Assembly: GCA_964187785.1 (NCBI GenBank)
Contig: OZ076413.1
Span: 45,014,001-45,078,000 of the forward strand
Direction: 5' to 3'
Length of the DNA stretch: 64,000 nucleotides
From: Amphiscolops sp. MND2022
Lineage: Eukaryota
The notes under the pieces: generated by a model
Database searches by the model: none
What the model was told of the DNA's origin: nothing
What the model saw: the letters and a program-made list of their open reading frames with translations, nothing else
Position numbers and translations under genes: made by a program
Shown here: positions 1-13,240 of the stretch, piece after piece
How positions within the stretch are numbered: the first letter of the stretch is position 1
How the letters are laid out: the number at the start of each line of letters is the position of its first letter

Positions 1-65
1 TTTTAAAAAATTCAACCCAGTACATGACCAAAGTAGATCTACCATGTATTATCAAATGTGTACTA

Positions 66-224
66 CCTTTGGTCTCGTATTTTTTACAGCCCATAAAAAT
101 GTGAATTCTCGAAGTCATAGAATTCAGCCTGTGTGGAACACATAGTATGTGTCCCACACAGACTGAATTCTATGGTTTCGAGAATTCATATTTTTATGGG
201 CTGTAAAAAATACGAGACCAAAGG
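66..224. repeat. Long imperfect palindrome (79-bp arms, 1-nt centre at 145)
   Basis: cctttggtctcgtatttttt...cacata-g-tatgtg...aaaaaatacgagaccaaagg; arms are reverse complements with a few mismatches. Confidence 0.9.
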
Positions 225-790
225 GTCCCTTCATTGCGAAATTTTTCACAGCGCGAATTAACTCGTTGAAGTGGTTTTCACTTTCCGAAAGGTTGAAATT
301 TGGTTGAGGACATTTTCCAGTAAGGTTCCTTTTGTGTACAAAAACATACCTTATTTGTTTTTGTTTCTGATGTTCCGAGGTTTTTGAGCATTTGAACTAT
401 CATAGAAGTTTTCTGGTTGTTTTGACTGCAGAATTTCTCTAGATCTTCCTACTTTACCGGAAAGCAATCTCGGGTGCTTCCAAAGGGTGCGACAATTGAG
501 TACCATAGTTACTAGAGCTTTTTCAGTTACGAGACAACTCAGAAGTTTTGGTAATGTTTCACATATCAAACTAGGAACACAAAAACTCTAGATATAGTTT
601 TGATACATTTTTTGCATCTCTTGTTTCGTTAAATTTCTTCTAATTCTGTAAAAGCAATCGTATATTTCATTTAGAGCCAGTGAGATGAGACTGAAGCTCA
701 AAAGGCAAACCCTTTAGATGATTCAGAGCTTCTTGCATTTCCGTTTTGATAATCAAAATATTTACTCCCATTTGTGTATGAATTGGTTGC

Positions 791-894
791 CCCTAGTTGA
801 AAAAAATACAAATCTTGAAAGATGTCTTGCAAGATCTTGCAAGACAATGCATTTTTCTGGCAGGTTTCTTGCAAGATTCTTCATCAAGCCAGGG
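791..894. mobile_element. MITE-like element of a TCTTGCAAGA-repeat family
   Basis: Ends ccctagttga...tcaagccaggg form short TIRs; internal repeats of palindromic tcttgcaaga; related copies elsewhere in the window. Confidence 0.55.
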
Positions 895-1354
895 CACGAT
901 GTGTGAGCTCGAGCTGAAGCAGGCCTTCTGGGTACCCACCTACACCCGCAAACTGAGTTCAGTAAAAATGTTTGCATTTGTTCGGAAGTTCGAACGAAAA
1001 GCGTGAATTCAGAGCTAGTTTGGGTTTGAGTTACTCTATCTTTGTGGAACTCTTTACTTTGGCACGAAAAGTGTGGCGTTCAAAAAGAATGGATAAAAAA
1101 CAATTAATTGCAAGAGCCGTGGTTGTTTCTCCACCGTGGAAACGTCCACTGTATGAAGACTTAGTAACTGTAACATGCAGGTTCTTTTGCTCCTAGAGCG
1201 TCATTTGTCTAAGAAAGGAAACGTTCACCTGTGATTTTGTCTGTTTGTGTTGTGTCTCTCTCTAGAAGGAAAAATTGACAAAAAACTCTCCAGTGCCCGT
1301 GTTGGTCACTTTTTGTGTTTTTTGACAAAAAAAGTTTTCTCTTCGTTTGATGTA

Positions 1355-1517
1355 TTTCTTGCAAGAATCAGACAGGAAAAGTATTTCTTGCAAGAAATAT
1401 TTTTTCTGTCAGGTTCTTGCAAGAAATGTATTTTCTGCCAGAATCTTGCAAGATTTGTATTTTTTGTCAAGATCTTGCAAGAATCTTGCAAGAATTGTAT
1501 TTGTTTTCAACCAGGGG
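1355..1517. mobile_element. Partial TCTTGCAAGA-family MITE-like element
   Basis: Multiple tcttgcaaga units ending in ttttcaaccagggg, the same terminus as other copies. Confidence 0.5.
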
Positions 1518-2099
1518 CAGCACAGCCAATTTCACTATTCGTACTAAGAGATCACGTGAAGTACTCGTGTAGTTCGCACCTTTCACCGTGTTATGTGTTC
1601 GGTACTACTTTTCTATTGCTTGGAGAGTGAAGTCTGTCTGCAGCTCAAAAACGAGGAGAATTTTAGTCACAGCATCACAGCTGTGCGCAGTCCGTGTTGC
1701 AACTATGACGAAGCAAACCAGACAGCACGTTATTTTGCTTTAAGAGGGCTACTGCATATACATCATTGTGCGTTTTGCAAATTTTGACTATTCGTTATTA
1801 AACGTATCCGTGATAATCAGTGCTTAGGGTTATTTTATGTGTTTTGAAGGTCATGTAAGGTTATCTACATTTTCAAGCTTCATGTGGGAAATGATCTACG
1901 TTACCTGACATCAGGGTATTCTTTTCTTTACGACAGCATGACACCCATGAAAAACCAATGACATGTTGCGAAAATAATTGAGAAAATTGAGAAATCGTGG
2001 TAAAACTGTAACCAACAAACAGTTCTCCATGATGGTAACACGACCATGCCAAGATCCTACGGCGAATTTTATGGAGTGCTACCAAGATGAAAAGTGTCT

Positions 2100-2520
2100 T
2101 TAGGCGGCGCATTTTAACAAAATGAGCCCGACTATTACAGTGGCAAGTTTTTTTCTTTTTTTTTCGCCAGACCACAGAATGTATGCGTAGTCGACACTTT
2201 TTTTCACAAAACTACCGAACTACTGCACCGGCAAGCGGAAACGCATCTAAGTTAGTGCATCCCCCCTTTCGTGTACTCAATTTTTAACGTAAGATACAAA
2301 ACCGGACGGGACTACAGGGACCCCCTTTGAATTTTTTTCGGCACTGCGACTTTTTTTTGTGAAATTTTTGTCGCCAAAGGGACCCCCGTTCAAGTTTTTT
2401 GATATTTTGCAACAAACTGGATTTTCAAAAAGTCGAAAGGGTCCCCCTTTTACAATTTTAAAAACTTTGCGCTTTTTGAGCGTAAGATATAGCGCCGACT
2501 TTAGACGTTCCCGTCTTGTT
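2100..2520 (+). mobile_element. HINE/DINE-1-like non-autonomous Helentron element
   Basis: Degenerate subterminal repeat taggcggcgc at the 5' end and agcgccgact at 2491-2500, followed by hairpin agacg-ttcc-cgtct and terminal tgtt; homologous to 43673-44179. Confidence 0.55.
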
Positions 2521-3594
2521 TATTTTAGTTTGCACCAATGCGGTTTGCACGAGTAGTTTGTACCAATCGTGTGTGTGTAGATAGACCTTGCAGAACTAAC
2601 TGAACAGAACTTTCGCAGTGCTTTGTCATTTTTCTGGATCCGTTATTGCCCAAAACTTGTTGCGCACTTTCAACGTTCCAAAAACTTTGATAATTTTTCG
2701 TTTCAATCAATCTAATATCACTAAGCAAAAGTATCAGCAGAAAAGACCTTTCGTCGAACTTTTTAAAAATGAAATATCAAACGATGAAAAAGTTTGACAT
2801 CAATTATGAACCAATCATTCGGGTAGCACACACACAATCACCATGTTAAAGTTAGTGTTATCCACTTTTATCATCAAGTTCTTTTTATTTATTAAACTTA
2901 TTAAAGCATCAAGCCTTGAAATTATTCAAATATATATATGTTTATTTTACCGATGAATTATGAATTCTTGAATGCGACAATTTGAAGATTTATGGTAGTT
3001 TCTTCACTTCAATGAATCAATCGGTCGATCAGTAACTATAGCCACCCACTGTTCCAAAGTTAATTTAATCATTTTTGTGACAAAGATTCTTTTGTAAAGA
3101 CGAGTTCACCATTATCTCCTAGAACCTGTCCGGCTGGTGGCAAATATTTGACCTCTACTCCGTTGACCTTTAACTGGATCTGAAACAAATTGAGACTCCA
3201 TCTATTTATACAGTGCGACGATATTGACCTTCCATATAATCAGGGACATATTGGATCGAAGGTCAAATTATATTGAAAAAGTTAAAAGTGTACTGAAAGG
3301 ATGAAGAGGGTTGTGAATTTTATTGTCTTTCGCCAGAGAAAGCTTGAAAAAAGCAGATGTAGTACATTATTGAAATTATTCGCACAGGAAAAAATGAGCC
3401 ATCGACCGGTTCACAGTAAAGCAACATTTTAAGGCCACCTCACTCAAAGACAAAAACAGGTGAATAGTTGAAATGGCGGTTGTTATTAGACCTGAATGAA
3501 AAGCGGTAAAATTTCATGAGCGATTAAACAAAATTGCAGTTCAACGAGGGACAGAAGAAGGAGGGGAGCTTTAGTGTACGCATACATTACGATA

Positions 3595-3794
3595 TGTGAT
3601 ATATTGAAAGTTAACTTTAGTATTAGACAAAACGCATATGCGTGAACAGTTTAATCACTAACACATGTCAAAACTGCTACACATCGATAAAGTTCAGATA
3701 TTCATTTGATGTTGCCTTTTACATTGCTATCTAGTTGCTAATTCATTCTTCATCATCCATTTCTGCTTTTCATTCTTTCAGTTCTGCTTCAACA
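3595..3794 (+). repeat. E1 5' LTR
   Basis: tgtgat...ttcaaca; repeated at 8698-8903 with several substitutions and indels. Confidence 0.95.
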
Positions 3795-4009
3795 AGGCGC
3801 TGCGAGCAAATACATCGTCTCCCCAGAGAGATAATTATCCGTCGTTTTTGCTGGGTTACCTTTATTCTGGTCAGAACCCACGGAATCTCCAGCAATGGAA
3901 TGAGAGAGATGGTTCGACCTCTTCATTGTGGCTGTCATAGCCAAGTATTCCATATCTGTCGAGCAACTGACGAGAACGTTGTATGCCGAACACCCTTTAG
4001 GCATTAATT

Positions 4010-7000
4010 ATGCCGGAAGAAGCGGCAGAGAAGAAACTGGTAACCTGGGTATTCCTCTCGTTGGGAGAACCCGCGAGAAAGATGTTTAAGGACAAATATC
4101 CAGAAGTTTCCGTTTGGACTCTTCGAGCACAAAAAATGATAGATGCGAAACTGCTTCCATGTTGCCCGCAACAGAAAGTTGGACAGGCACAATATTTTAT
4201 TAGGAAAACAACAACCGGACTTCTTCTTGTAGCAATTCTGGCATTCGCTAAATGGCCTGGCCTCTAGATGTGAATTGGGGGAAATTACCCAAACATTAGT
4301 GCCCGACGTGTTTATCCTGAAATGAAAAAATAGAGGACCAAGAGAAACTATGTGTTGAGCCTTGGGATAATCCGCAAGACGCCCTTCAATATGCCGTTTC
4401 CTACGAAGAAGGCATCAGGAAACAGAAGTCAATGGGCGTGGGAGTGTCAGAAAGCTCGAAAGTGGCAGTAAAGAGCGAGCCGATATACGCTGTGGATAGA
4501 GCAAATAGAAGAGATTGCTTTCGTTGCGGCGCATGGTGTTTTACCATTGAGCACATAAAGAGATGCCCGGCCACCAAACATAAATGTGAATATTGCGAAG
4601 ATCATGGGCCCTATGGAGAAATGCTGTGATCAGAAACATCCAGAGAGAAAAAAAGCAAATGAAACAAAGGATGCAGAACAGGCGGAGAGGGCAACCAATA
4701 ATCAACTACGTATCGGGAGTCTCAGAAGAACTGGAAGACGATGAAATAGTACTGCAGGTAGAAGGGGCCGGTGTGAAACCCTTCGTGATGGAAGGACTGA
4801 TGTGCGTTAATTAATTCAAGGCAGTTATCGACACGGGATCGCCAGTCTCCATATTTGCGGTAGACGAGCTAAAGAAAATCATCGGAGAACACTGGGTCGT
4901 AGTCAGAAAAATGATTGACAATGAGATATGTGGAGTTTAACAGACGCCCCCTGCCACAACTAGGATACATGTTTGTGAGCGTGGAAGTGGGAAAGACAAG
5001 AATGTCTAAAGCGAGAGTGCTGGTTGGGAAGAAGGGATCGAAGTCCATCGTCGGCCGTGATTGGCTTACAGCACTAATGTATAACATTGAACAACCAATC
5101 GCGAAAGGTGAATAATCAGTACTTAGCATTTCCTGCGAAAGCCCGAAACTGAAAATAAGCTAAGTCCCCAAGCGAAGCAATTAGTTGAAGAGTTTCCAAA
5201 TCTATTCAAGCGACGCGGTAGAGTGAAGAATTAGAAAATTAAAATGGAAATGAAGGATGGCACGCGCGTATCTCAGCAAAAAGGGATGGAGAAATCCAGT
5301 GCAGCTGCAAGAACAAGTAGACCAAGAAATTAAAAAATCTACTAGAACAAGGACATATTGAAAAAGTAAATAACATAAAAGATGACATTTTCACACAACC
5401 CGTGGTGATAACGGCGAAAAAAGACCGATCTGATAAATTAGCCTTAGATGCACGCGCGTTTAATAATTCACTTGCAAAAGACAACTACCAGACGTCCAAT
5501 CTCGAAAACCTATTGGATATGATAGCAGCAAAATTGACGGAAAAGAAGGTGAAGTGTCATATTCGTCAGTCGACATGAAGTACGCGAGTGGTCCCGCTAG
5601 ACGAGAGGACGGCGAAACACGGTAACCTTAAAATTATAGGCGGAAAAAGAACTTATACCTATAGATTTGTAACAAGCCACTACTGACTAACAATAATGCC
5701 GACTGAATTTAAAAAAATAATGGACTTGACACTTGTAAATATGGATCGTACATTTGTGTATATGGACGATATTTTTTAATTGTTCCAAAGGGTGAAAATG
5801 GAAGTGTACATGTGCAAAACGTTCGGGAGGTATTAGAAGTATTAGAAAAACACAGTTTGCAATTGAGAGCGGTTAAATTCCAAATCGCCTGTACAAAAAT
5901 TAAATGGTAAGGGTACAAATTGTCAGGAGAAGGCATTGCCCCAGTAAATGACAAAGTCCAAGGAATTACCGAAAAGTTAAGACCGGGTAACTCGAAAGAA
6001 TTGAGATCATTCTTGGAGGCAGTCAACCAATTAAACAAATTCGTCCCAGAGTTAGCTAACATCTCTGCACCATTTAGATCTATTTTGAAGAAGGAAGCAC
6101 ACTGGAAATGGACCCAAAAACAAGAAAAAAATTTTTTTAAAAAAAGAACCAACAAATTGAAAGAATTACGGAATTGACACATTTAAACGAAATGAAAATA
6201 GGAGTTCTCTTTGACGTCAGTAAAAAAGGGTTGGGGCGGTGCTCCAACATCAGCAAGAAAACAAATAATGGAAACCAGTGTCATTCTCATCGAGTTTTTT
6301 ACGGATTTCGAAGCTAAACTTCCATTTAATGAGATAGCGTTTTTAGCTGTCGTATTGGCGATCGAGCATTTTAAAAACTACGTGTACGGAGTAGAGTTCC
6401 ATGTGATTTTTGACCATAAAGCGCTAGCATCAGTATTTAAACCAAACACGGGGAATAAACCGTTCTCTAGTAGGATAACGAGATGCGTTGATAGATTGCT
6501 GCCATTTGAACTTGAAATCACCCATGAAGCAGAGGAAGCACCCCACCAAGCAGAGTTTTAGGTTTTGCAGATTACCTATCGAGACACCCAAGTGAAATAA
6601 TAGGAAATACCGTGAAGGGGGAAAAACTATGGAATGATTGGTTTACAGTAAACACTATTAAACAAAGTTAAAACTATTTCAGAGGTAGAGACAACTTCGT
6701 CAGATTTGAACAAATCGAAGAAACTGCCGGTCTCGGTACTTGAAGTGGAAAGTAAACAGAGCGAGCGACTGTCGAAAATGGCGAGAAAGCATGAAGGTTA
6801 TCAACCAATCAAATAGCTGGAAAATAAAGCAAGAGAACGCGAACGGAAAATCATTGCTGCGAATAATAACGCCAAATAAAGTCAACGCGACGAAATAAAC
6901 AGCAAAATTTCGCAAATTGCCATCTCCCAGAGATTTGAGAAATTAAATAATTCTTACCTTCCGGCGAACTTTCAAGCGGACAAAATGCTTGAAAAAATTA

Positions 7001-8509
7001 TAACCCTTGTAAAATCACGGGAAGAAGCTAAAATTTCGGGGCTACCGACACCTTGGCGAGACAAGTTCAACTTTTTTAGTACCGATGAAGGAGAATTTCT
7101 TTATATGGACGAGAGACTTGTTATCCCGGTTATTTTTCGCGCCTCAAGTATGAGCTCTGTACATCACCGTCACCCGGGCCAGGACACTATGCTGCGATAC
7201 GTTTCGGTCATCTGGTGGTCCAAAATTCATAGAAAGGTCATCAATACCGCAAAGGGTTGCAAACATTACTCACTTACTCACAAGCAGGTAAAAACGTTCA
7301 AGCTTTGAAAAAACAAAACCAATTTGGAGAAGAACCAAAATCGCCAAAACCGAACGAGAAAATTGTGTTGGACTTTGCCGGTTCTTTCCAGAGTGCGGAA
7401 CACGGAAAAAATACATTTTAGTGGCAATTGATATTTTTTTGGCTTGACTGGACGCCCTATTTTTACATAAAACATCGACGAAGAATGTTATTGATTTTTT
7501 GAAAAAACTACATAGCCCAATTTGGCATACCAAAACAGATTAGAACGGACCCGGGAACAGTGTTTACAAGTGAGGAATTTAAATTATTTTGTGGCCAGTT
7601 TATGATAAAACACATAATCTGCCCAGTACGCGATCACCAGCGAAGTGACAGAATTGATAGAATAATCCGGACGATTCACGAACGCCTGAGAACAAATAAA
7701 AACATTATACTAAAACGAGATAAATCAGGCTTATCAGAAAAATTGTACGCGTTGCGAACGGGCAAAACGGCGGACGGAAAATCGCTTTTTGAAAAATTTC
7801 ACGGACTAAAACCGAATACTGTAAAAAATAACGTAGCTGAGCGAATTTCAGAAAGGGAGTCAAAGCTAACCTCCAGCCCCTCAGATTTGAGTAAAAGATA
7901 GACTTGGCCATACTAGTGAGCGAGAGGACAAAGGGATCAAAGTTAGAGGGATTGTACCTGAGAAAAGTGCTGAAAGAAACAGCACACACTATAACAGTTT
8001 TGCCCAAGAAGATTAAAAAGGAAGTAGTGCTGTCAAAATGGGATGTTGCTAAGGACACGACCGAAAGAGCCTGGACATCCGATCAATTCGTGGTCCCACA
8101 AATCTCAACCGAAGAAGAAACAAGCGATGACGAGACGTATACTATGCCGGAAAACGAAGAAGATGAAGAGACAACCTCAACATCAAAGAGCACTAGTTCC
8201 ATTAGGAACCAAGGAGACATTCGTACGGAAAGGGAGAACGCGGGTTAGAAGCCATAAGAGAAGGAAGTGACCAATGCGAACAAAAAGGCAGGATCGGAGA
8301 AAATGGATACTCCTAAGAAAACGGACAATTCTAAGGAAAAGGTAGCTGATAAAGAGACAGAAAAGAAGAAAACGATAAAGGCGTCGGTGGAGTGGACCCC
8401 TGCGACTGATAGAGAGCCCCGGAAGAGGCGACCAACGGAACGTTATGGAATTGACGTTGTTATGCAGGTTGAAGAAAATGAGCAGATGGAAACGGAACAA
8501 CAAGAATAA
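4010..8509 (+). pseudogene. E1 gag-pol, frameshifted with stops
   Basis: Zinc knuckle CFRCGA...HIKRCPA..KCEYC; protease VIDTGSPVS (~4824); RT VYMDDI (~5757); RNase H FDHKAL; integrase IRTDPGTVFTSEEFK. Confidence 0.9.
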
Positions 8510-8697
8510 ACTAAGAAGGAATCTAATCGAATTAAAACAGTGATTCCCAAAAAGGATCTGAAACTGAAAAACATTAAACCCCTTGAAAATCATGTAATCT
8601 GAAATGAATACCAGTGTTAACAATCCGTGTACAAACTCAAATGAACTGAGATTGATGTAAAGTCAAGTATCCCAAGTTTTGTCTGAGAAACGGGGAA

Positions 8698-8903
8698 TAT
8701 GATAGATTGACATTGAAAGTTAACCTTAGTGTTAGACAAAACGCATATGTGTGAACAGTTTAATTACTAACACCTGTCAAACTTGCTAGACATCGATAAA
8801 GTTCAGATATTCATTTGCTGTTGCCTTTTACATTGCTATCTAGTTGCTAATTCATTCTTCATCATCCATTTCTGCTTTTCATTCCTAAAGTTCTGCTTCA
8901 ACA
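8698..8903 (+). repeat. E1 3' LTR
   Basis: Direct repeat of 3595-3794, preceded by a polypurine tract and followed by the TSD. Confidence 0.95.
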
Positions 8904-9250
8904 CGATACCAACAAAAGGTTCCGGGTGAATTGGTTCCTTTTAAAGGAGCAACCTGTCATACTTACCCAATTTGGGTGCCAACTGTCCGTACCCGGCTTG
9001 GAAGCAACAATTCTGTCGAATCCAGGGTTATCGATGGGCAGACATATATTACAAGTATCAGCAAGGTTCTCCAGCATGAAAACTGTTGACCTAAAGCAGA
9101 TCAAACGGAAAGCGACTACGTCGGAAGACTTTGGACTGGAAATTCGAGATTGTGGAGAAAAGAGATTTTGGAATGATACGTGTTGTAATCACAAAACGAC
9201 GACCATTTTTTCGTTTCTGGATAGATGGTCTTTATCAAGATTGTTTTTCA

Positions 9251-9301
9251 TTTTTTTGCCCAATGTTTCGATATACTATATCGAAACATTGGGCAAAAAA
9301 A
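9251..9301. repeat. Perfect palindrome (25-bp arms, 1-nt centre at 9276)
   Basis: tttttttgcccaatgtttcgatata-c-tatatcgaaacattgggcaaaaaaa. Confidence 0.9.
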
Positions 9302-9931
9302 CAAATTTGCGACTCCGTCCTTCCAATAGTACTGGAAGGACGGAGTCGCAAATTTGTTTCAATAAACTGATTGGTTGCTTTCATGGAACATGCACATCGG
9401 AAAATAATCCAAATCCGGACCCCTCAGCTTCAAAAATGATTTTTTTAGGATGATCTCAAAATGTCAAAAAATCAGATTGGCACCCTTTCATGAAATGCAC
9501 AAGTTCGAAAAAGAAAACAACCTCCTTTGGTGTCGTGCAGGTTTAAAATTCGAATAAAATGCAAAATAATTGAAAGAATGTTTTTTGGAATCTTCGGCTG
9601 AAAATATGTTGTAAAAACTAAATACGTCAAAATCTATCTATGTACTTTTGATTATCTTCTCTATTGGCAAATTCGTTTCAAATTGGGATCACGGTCAAAT
9701 TCCACTTCGTAGAAGGATTGACCTAACGGAATCAAAACGTTTGTAGCTCAACATTTTTTAAACGAGCATTTCGTCAGAGTTTCAAAGTTGGAAATTAGAG
9801 GTGTCTTTAACTAAAGAAAATTGGTGTGTTTAGCTTTTCGGTACGATAGGTTCGTAACAACAGCTTACTTTCATACGACCATTTAAGTCTCCAACATACG
9901 CTTAGGGATCATATATGCAGCGCAATGGCAC

Positions 9932-10172
9932 CCCTGGTTGAGGAAAAATGCTCACCTTGCGAGGATCTTGCAAGATAATGCATCCTTGGAATCCTTGAAA
10001 GAATCTTACAAGATCCTTGCTTGAAAAGCGAGCGTTGTTTCCTTGAAAGATCTTACTAGGATTTTATTTCCTTTCAAAATTCTTGCACGGAATACAAGAT
10101 CTTTCAAATTATGGATTCAATGTAAGGATCTTGCGAGATCCTTGCAAGAATTACTTTCTTCATCAACCAGAG
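9932..10172. mobile_element. TCTTGCAAGA-family MITE-like element
   Basis: TIR-like ends ccctggttga...tcaaccagag; internal cttgcaag-like units. Confidence 0.55.
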
Positions 10173-11167
10173 AGTACTCGTGTTCATGATTTTCAAGAGC
10201 TTGTTCGTCTTTTATAAAGCAAATTTTCTAGAGTTAATTTCTCTAGCATCGTTAATTTTAATTACCATTATTTTTGGTTTTAAAATACTACTCATTCAAC
10301 ACTTGTGCTACTTTTGAACTCTAACCTATCGGAATATATAGGTTCGTCAGTGACAAAAAGTTGGCAATGCCAGCAATCTGATTGGTCCATATATGCCACG
10401 AAAGTCATTCGGTCCGTCGTTCCCGAGTCATCGCCATAGGCTGTCGACAGTGTCAAACTTTCATGGCCTGTGTGGTGAAAACATTATGGTTTGAAAATCC
10501 ATGGTAGTATCTCGAAACATTCGTATGAAAAAATGATGATAGCCTCATTCAATATCACATGAGTTTTACTTGCGTAAAATAACGTATCCTGGAATTCTCC
10601 TGGAATTTTGCATTCGCAGAACCATATGGTTGCTTATAAAAGATTCCATTAGAAACCCATATGATTCCTGACGAGCGTCAGGAAACGTTAAGAGAGTATG
10701 GTTGGCATGTTTGCATATACGTAATTGCAAGGTTAACTTTTTTACAAAACATAGAAAGTACAGGAGCCTCCTGGGAAAAACTTTGCAAGATTAAAATACA
10801 TCTTCCACTATTTCAAATGGAACTTGAAAAATTTTCACTTCTTCATCGTCTCGATCACTTTGTTTTCCCTCGTTGACAATGATTGCACTTTTTGCATGTT
10901 CTTTGAAATCTTAATAAATGTTCAAACTTTCATGCCAAAACATTTGTTGGAAGAGACATCTCAAAATTGGCGGCAGTTTCAAGCCTTGAAGTTTTCCAGG
11001 ATTCATCAAGAAACCATTCCGCTTCCATCTAGTTGAAATATCATTTCGAGTTTCACTTTATATACGTTGTTTGTAGCTGTCAACTAGAAAAGGATTTGAG
11101 CTTCAAACAAATGTATCTTCTATAGACGAAGCTTCCTATTAAACCCATAAAATGATAATATAAGATC

Positions 11168-11388
11168 CTAACTGCAATTAGGAGGGTCACATTCTTTTTG
11201 CAGTGGCTCATTATTGCACTCGATACTGTGAGTTCTGTTGTGTTTTTCAACACATTCGCCGTCTTCGCCGTCTTCGAAGTATACGCACTCGTAATCAACC
11301 GGACTCATATCCCGAACAGACAGAACCCAATAACCACAGAAGCAACACACACTCGTGTCGTATTGGTTCATGTACGGCTTATAATATT
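11168..11388 (-). CDS. Terminal exon A of a Cys-rich TSR-like domain family
   Basis: Phase-1 acceptor (ctcttag|aa tat tat) then YYKPYMNQYDTSVCCFC...ECVYFEDGEDGECVEKHNRTHSIECNNEPLQKEC; paralogous to exons at 33811 and 36786; upstream exons not resolved. Confidence 0.65.
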
Positions 11389-11939
11389 CTAAGAGAAACA
11401 TTTAAAAAGGTCTCCTAACCGAAAGCCTCGTTTTATAGGAAATATTTTCAGGTATTACATCGCCAATTGATAGTAGCCAAACGTGCGTTCTGAGGAAAGA
11501 AAAGTATTGATTATTAAAAATTCCAATTGCAATGACATGTTAAAGGTTTTTGGAACTTGAAAGCGTTAGTGTTTACTACCCAATTGCCGCAATTATTCAT
11601 AAACATCCTAACAACGTTTCCTCCGCATGATCAGAAATGTCTGTCAAGGGGATGTTTATAGAAATCCTCAAATTTTCATTAAAAAAGATACTAAAAATTT
11701 CACATTGCTCGATCTAGTTCCTGCAAACCTAGAGTTCTTTAATATAGAAGAGAAAGCAGAAAAAAGTGGAGGGCAATTAGCAACGCTTTTTGATTTTTTT
11801 TTCGATTCACCAGTGGTAGTTTTTTCTTCAGTTTATTTTAGCTCAATTTACCAAGATTTAACTTTTTTGCATGCTCTGTGAGAAAATGCTTTGTGGTTTG
11901 TCTATAAAAAATTTCCCAGCAGGTGCTTGAATATACTTG

Positions 11940-12128
11940 TGTTGTATCTTGTGAATAAGATAAGGAAACAAAGGAAGTGCTGTAAGAATCTATTCTGTTC
12001 GATAAGCGTATTCAAAGGTTAATGAATAGGTCAGCACAATGTTGAGTAGTAGCGTTGTTGACAGGTACTAAATTGTCACTGCTACTATTTTTAGTATAAA
12101 GAATTGCATGAAGTGACGTCATGCCACA
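11940..12128 (-). repeat. E2 3' LTR
   Basis: tgttgtatc...catgccaca; near-identical to 21092-21280. Confidence 0.95.
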
Positions 12129-13240
12129 TTCCCCCTTCTTTAGGAAGTAATTACATGTACAAACATAACTTTAAATAAGTATCACAGTAATAAAATCAAA
12201 CTTCAAACGGTAATTATAGCACCGAATGGTCCGAATGTTTATCAATGTTTTTTATACGGTTTCTACCGTATAATCTTCCTTCTCCTTTTTCCCTTTCTGT
12301 ATTTTTCTTCTCCATTTCTTCCGGTGGTTGCGTTTTGGCTTTTCTATTGGCGTTCGTAGTTGCTCCATTTGTTAACGGTGTTACCTGCAATAGTCAGAAT
12401 GTAATTGGGTTACCGTAGCTATTCATTGGATTTGTTGATCTTAATCAAGTTGATTTTCGTTCTATAATTTCGGTTTTTATTAAATCGGTATAACCGTTTT
12501 GATCCACCACTGTGATCACGTTAGGATTTTCTTCTGTTGTTGGTCTTGCGTTTACTTCCAGTCCATGTGTTGGTGTTGTAGTAGTTCTTCTGTCCCTGAT
12601 TAGTTTTTTCCGTCCTATGCTGTACACCGGACTGATTATTGTGTTTTCCATTCCCAGTGTGTTCTCCGGTACACTTTCTTCTAACACTGGTGTGCTGCAT
12701 CTTTCCGTGTGTTCTGCTGTTATGCTGTTGTCTTCAAATTGTTCCGGCTGTACGAATCTTCCATCTCTTCCCCTCGGGTTTTCCCCGTTATGAAAAGGGG
12801 TTCTGAAATGGTGGGTTCAAAGGTTTGCTTATTCGTTTTTTTTTGCAATAATTTGTTTGTATCCGTTACTATTGTGTGTTTGGTTCCCGCTCCCGCGGTT
12901 AGTGGTTTGTTTTCGTACACACTTTCAAATTTATCTCTGTTGTCTTGTTTCTCAAGGAATAAGTATGTAAATTTGTTACTTACGTCTTCCTTTAGGTTTC
13001 TTGGGGCTTTCATTACGAGTTGATTATATACTCCATTTCCTTTGGTAAACGAATAGACATGTAACGTCTCTGGTCTCGCTGAAACCTTGTAGTTTTTATT
13101 GGGTGACACATTTAAATAATCATGGATTTCCTTTCGTGGTTTTCTACCGTAATGTCGTTCGAACGCTGTTTCTTTTATACTTGAATGGACCGTTTTTCTC
13201 AAAACATTTAGTGAACGGCCTAATGCTTCGTTTATATTAC

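Larger units (their letters stand above)
3595..8903 (+). mobile_element. E1: full-length degenerate Ty3/Gypsy LTR retrotransposon
   Basis: ~200-bp direct LTRs, 5-bp TSD CGATA (3590-3594, 8904-8908), PBS-like aggcgctgcgagca after the 5' LTR, PPT gagaaacggggaa, domain order PR-RT-RH-IN. Confidence 0.95.

Noticed and set aside
8926..9453. 175-aa ORF next to the E1 3' LTR
   Set aside because: No recognisable motifs, non-ATG start, spans a palindrome; likely a chance ORF
11459..11489. 31-nt candidate microexon upstream of exon A
   Set aside because: Splice sites look plausible, but joining it to exon A creates a stop or frameshift in every phase tried
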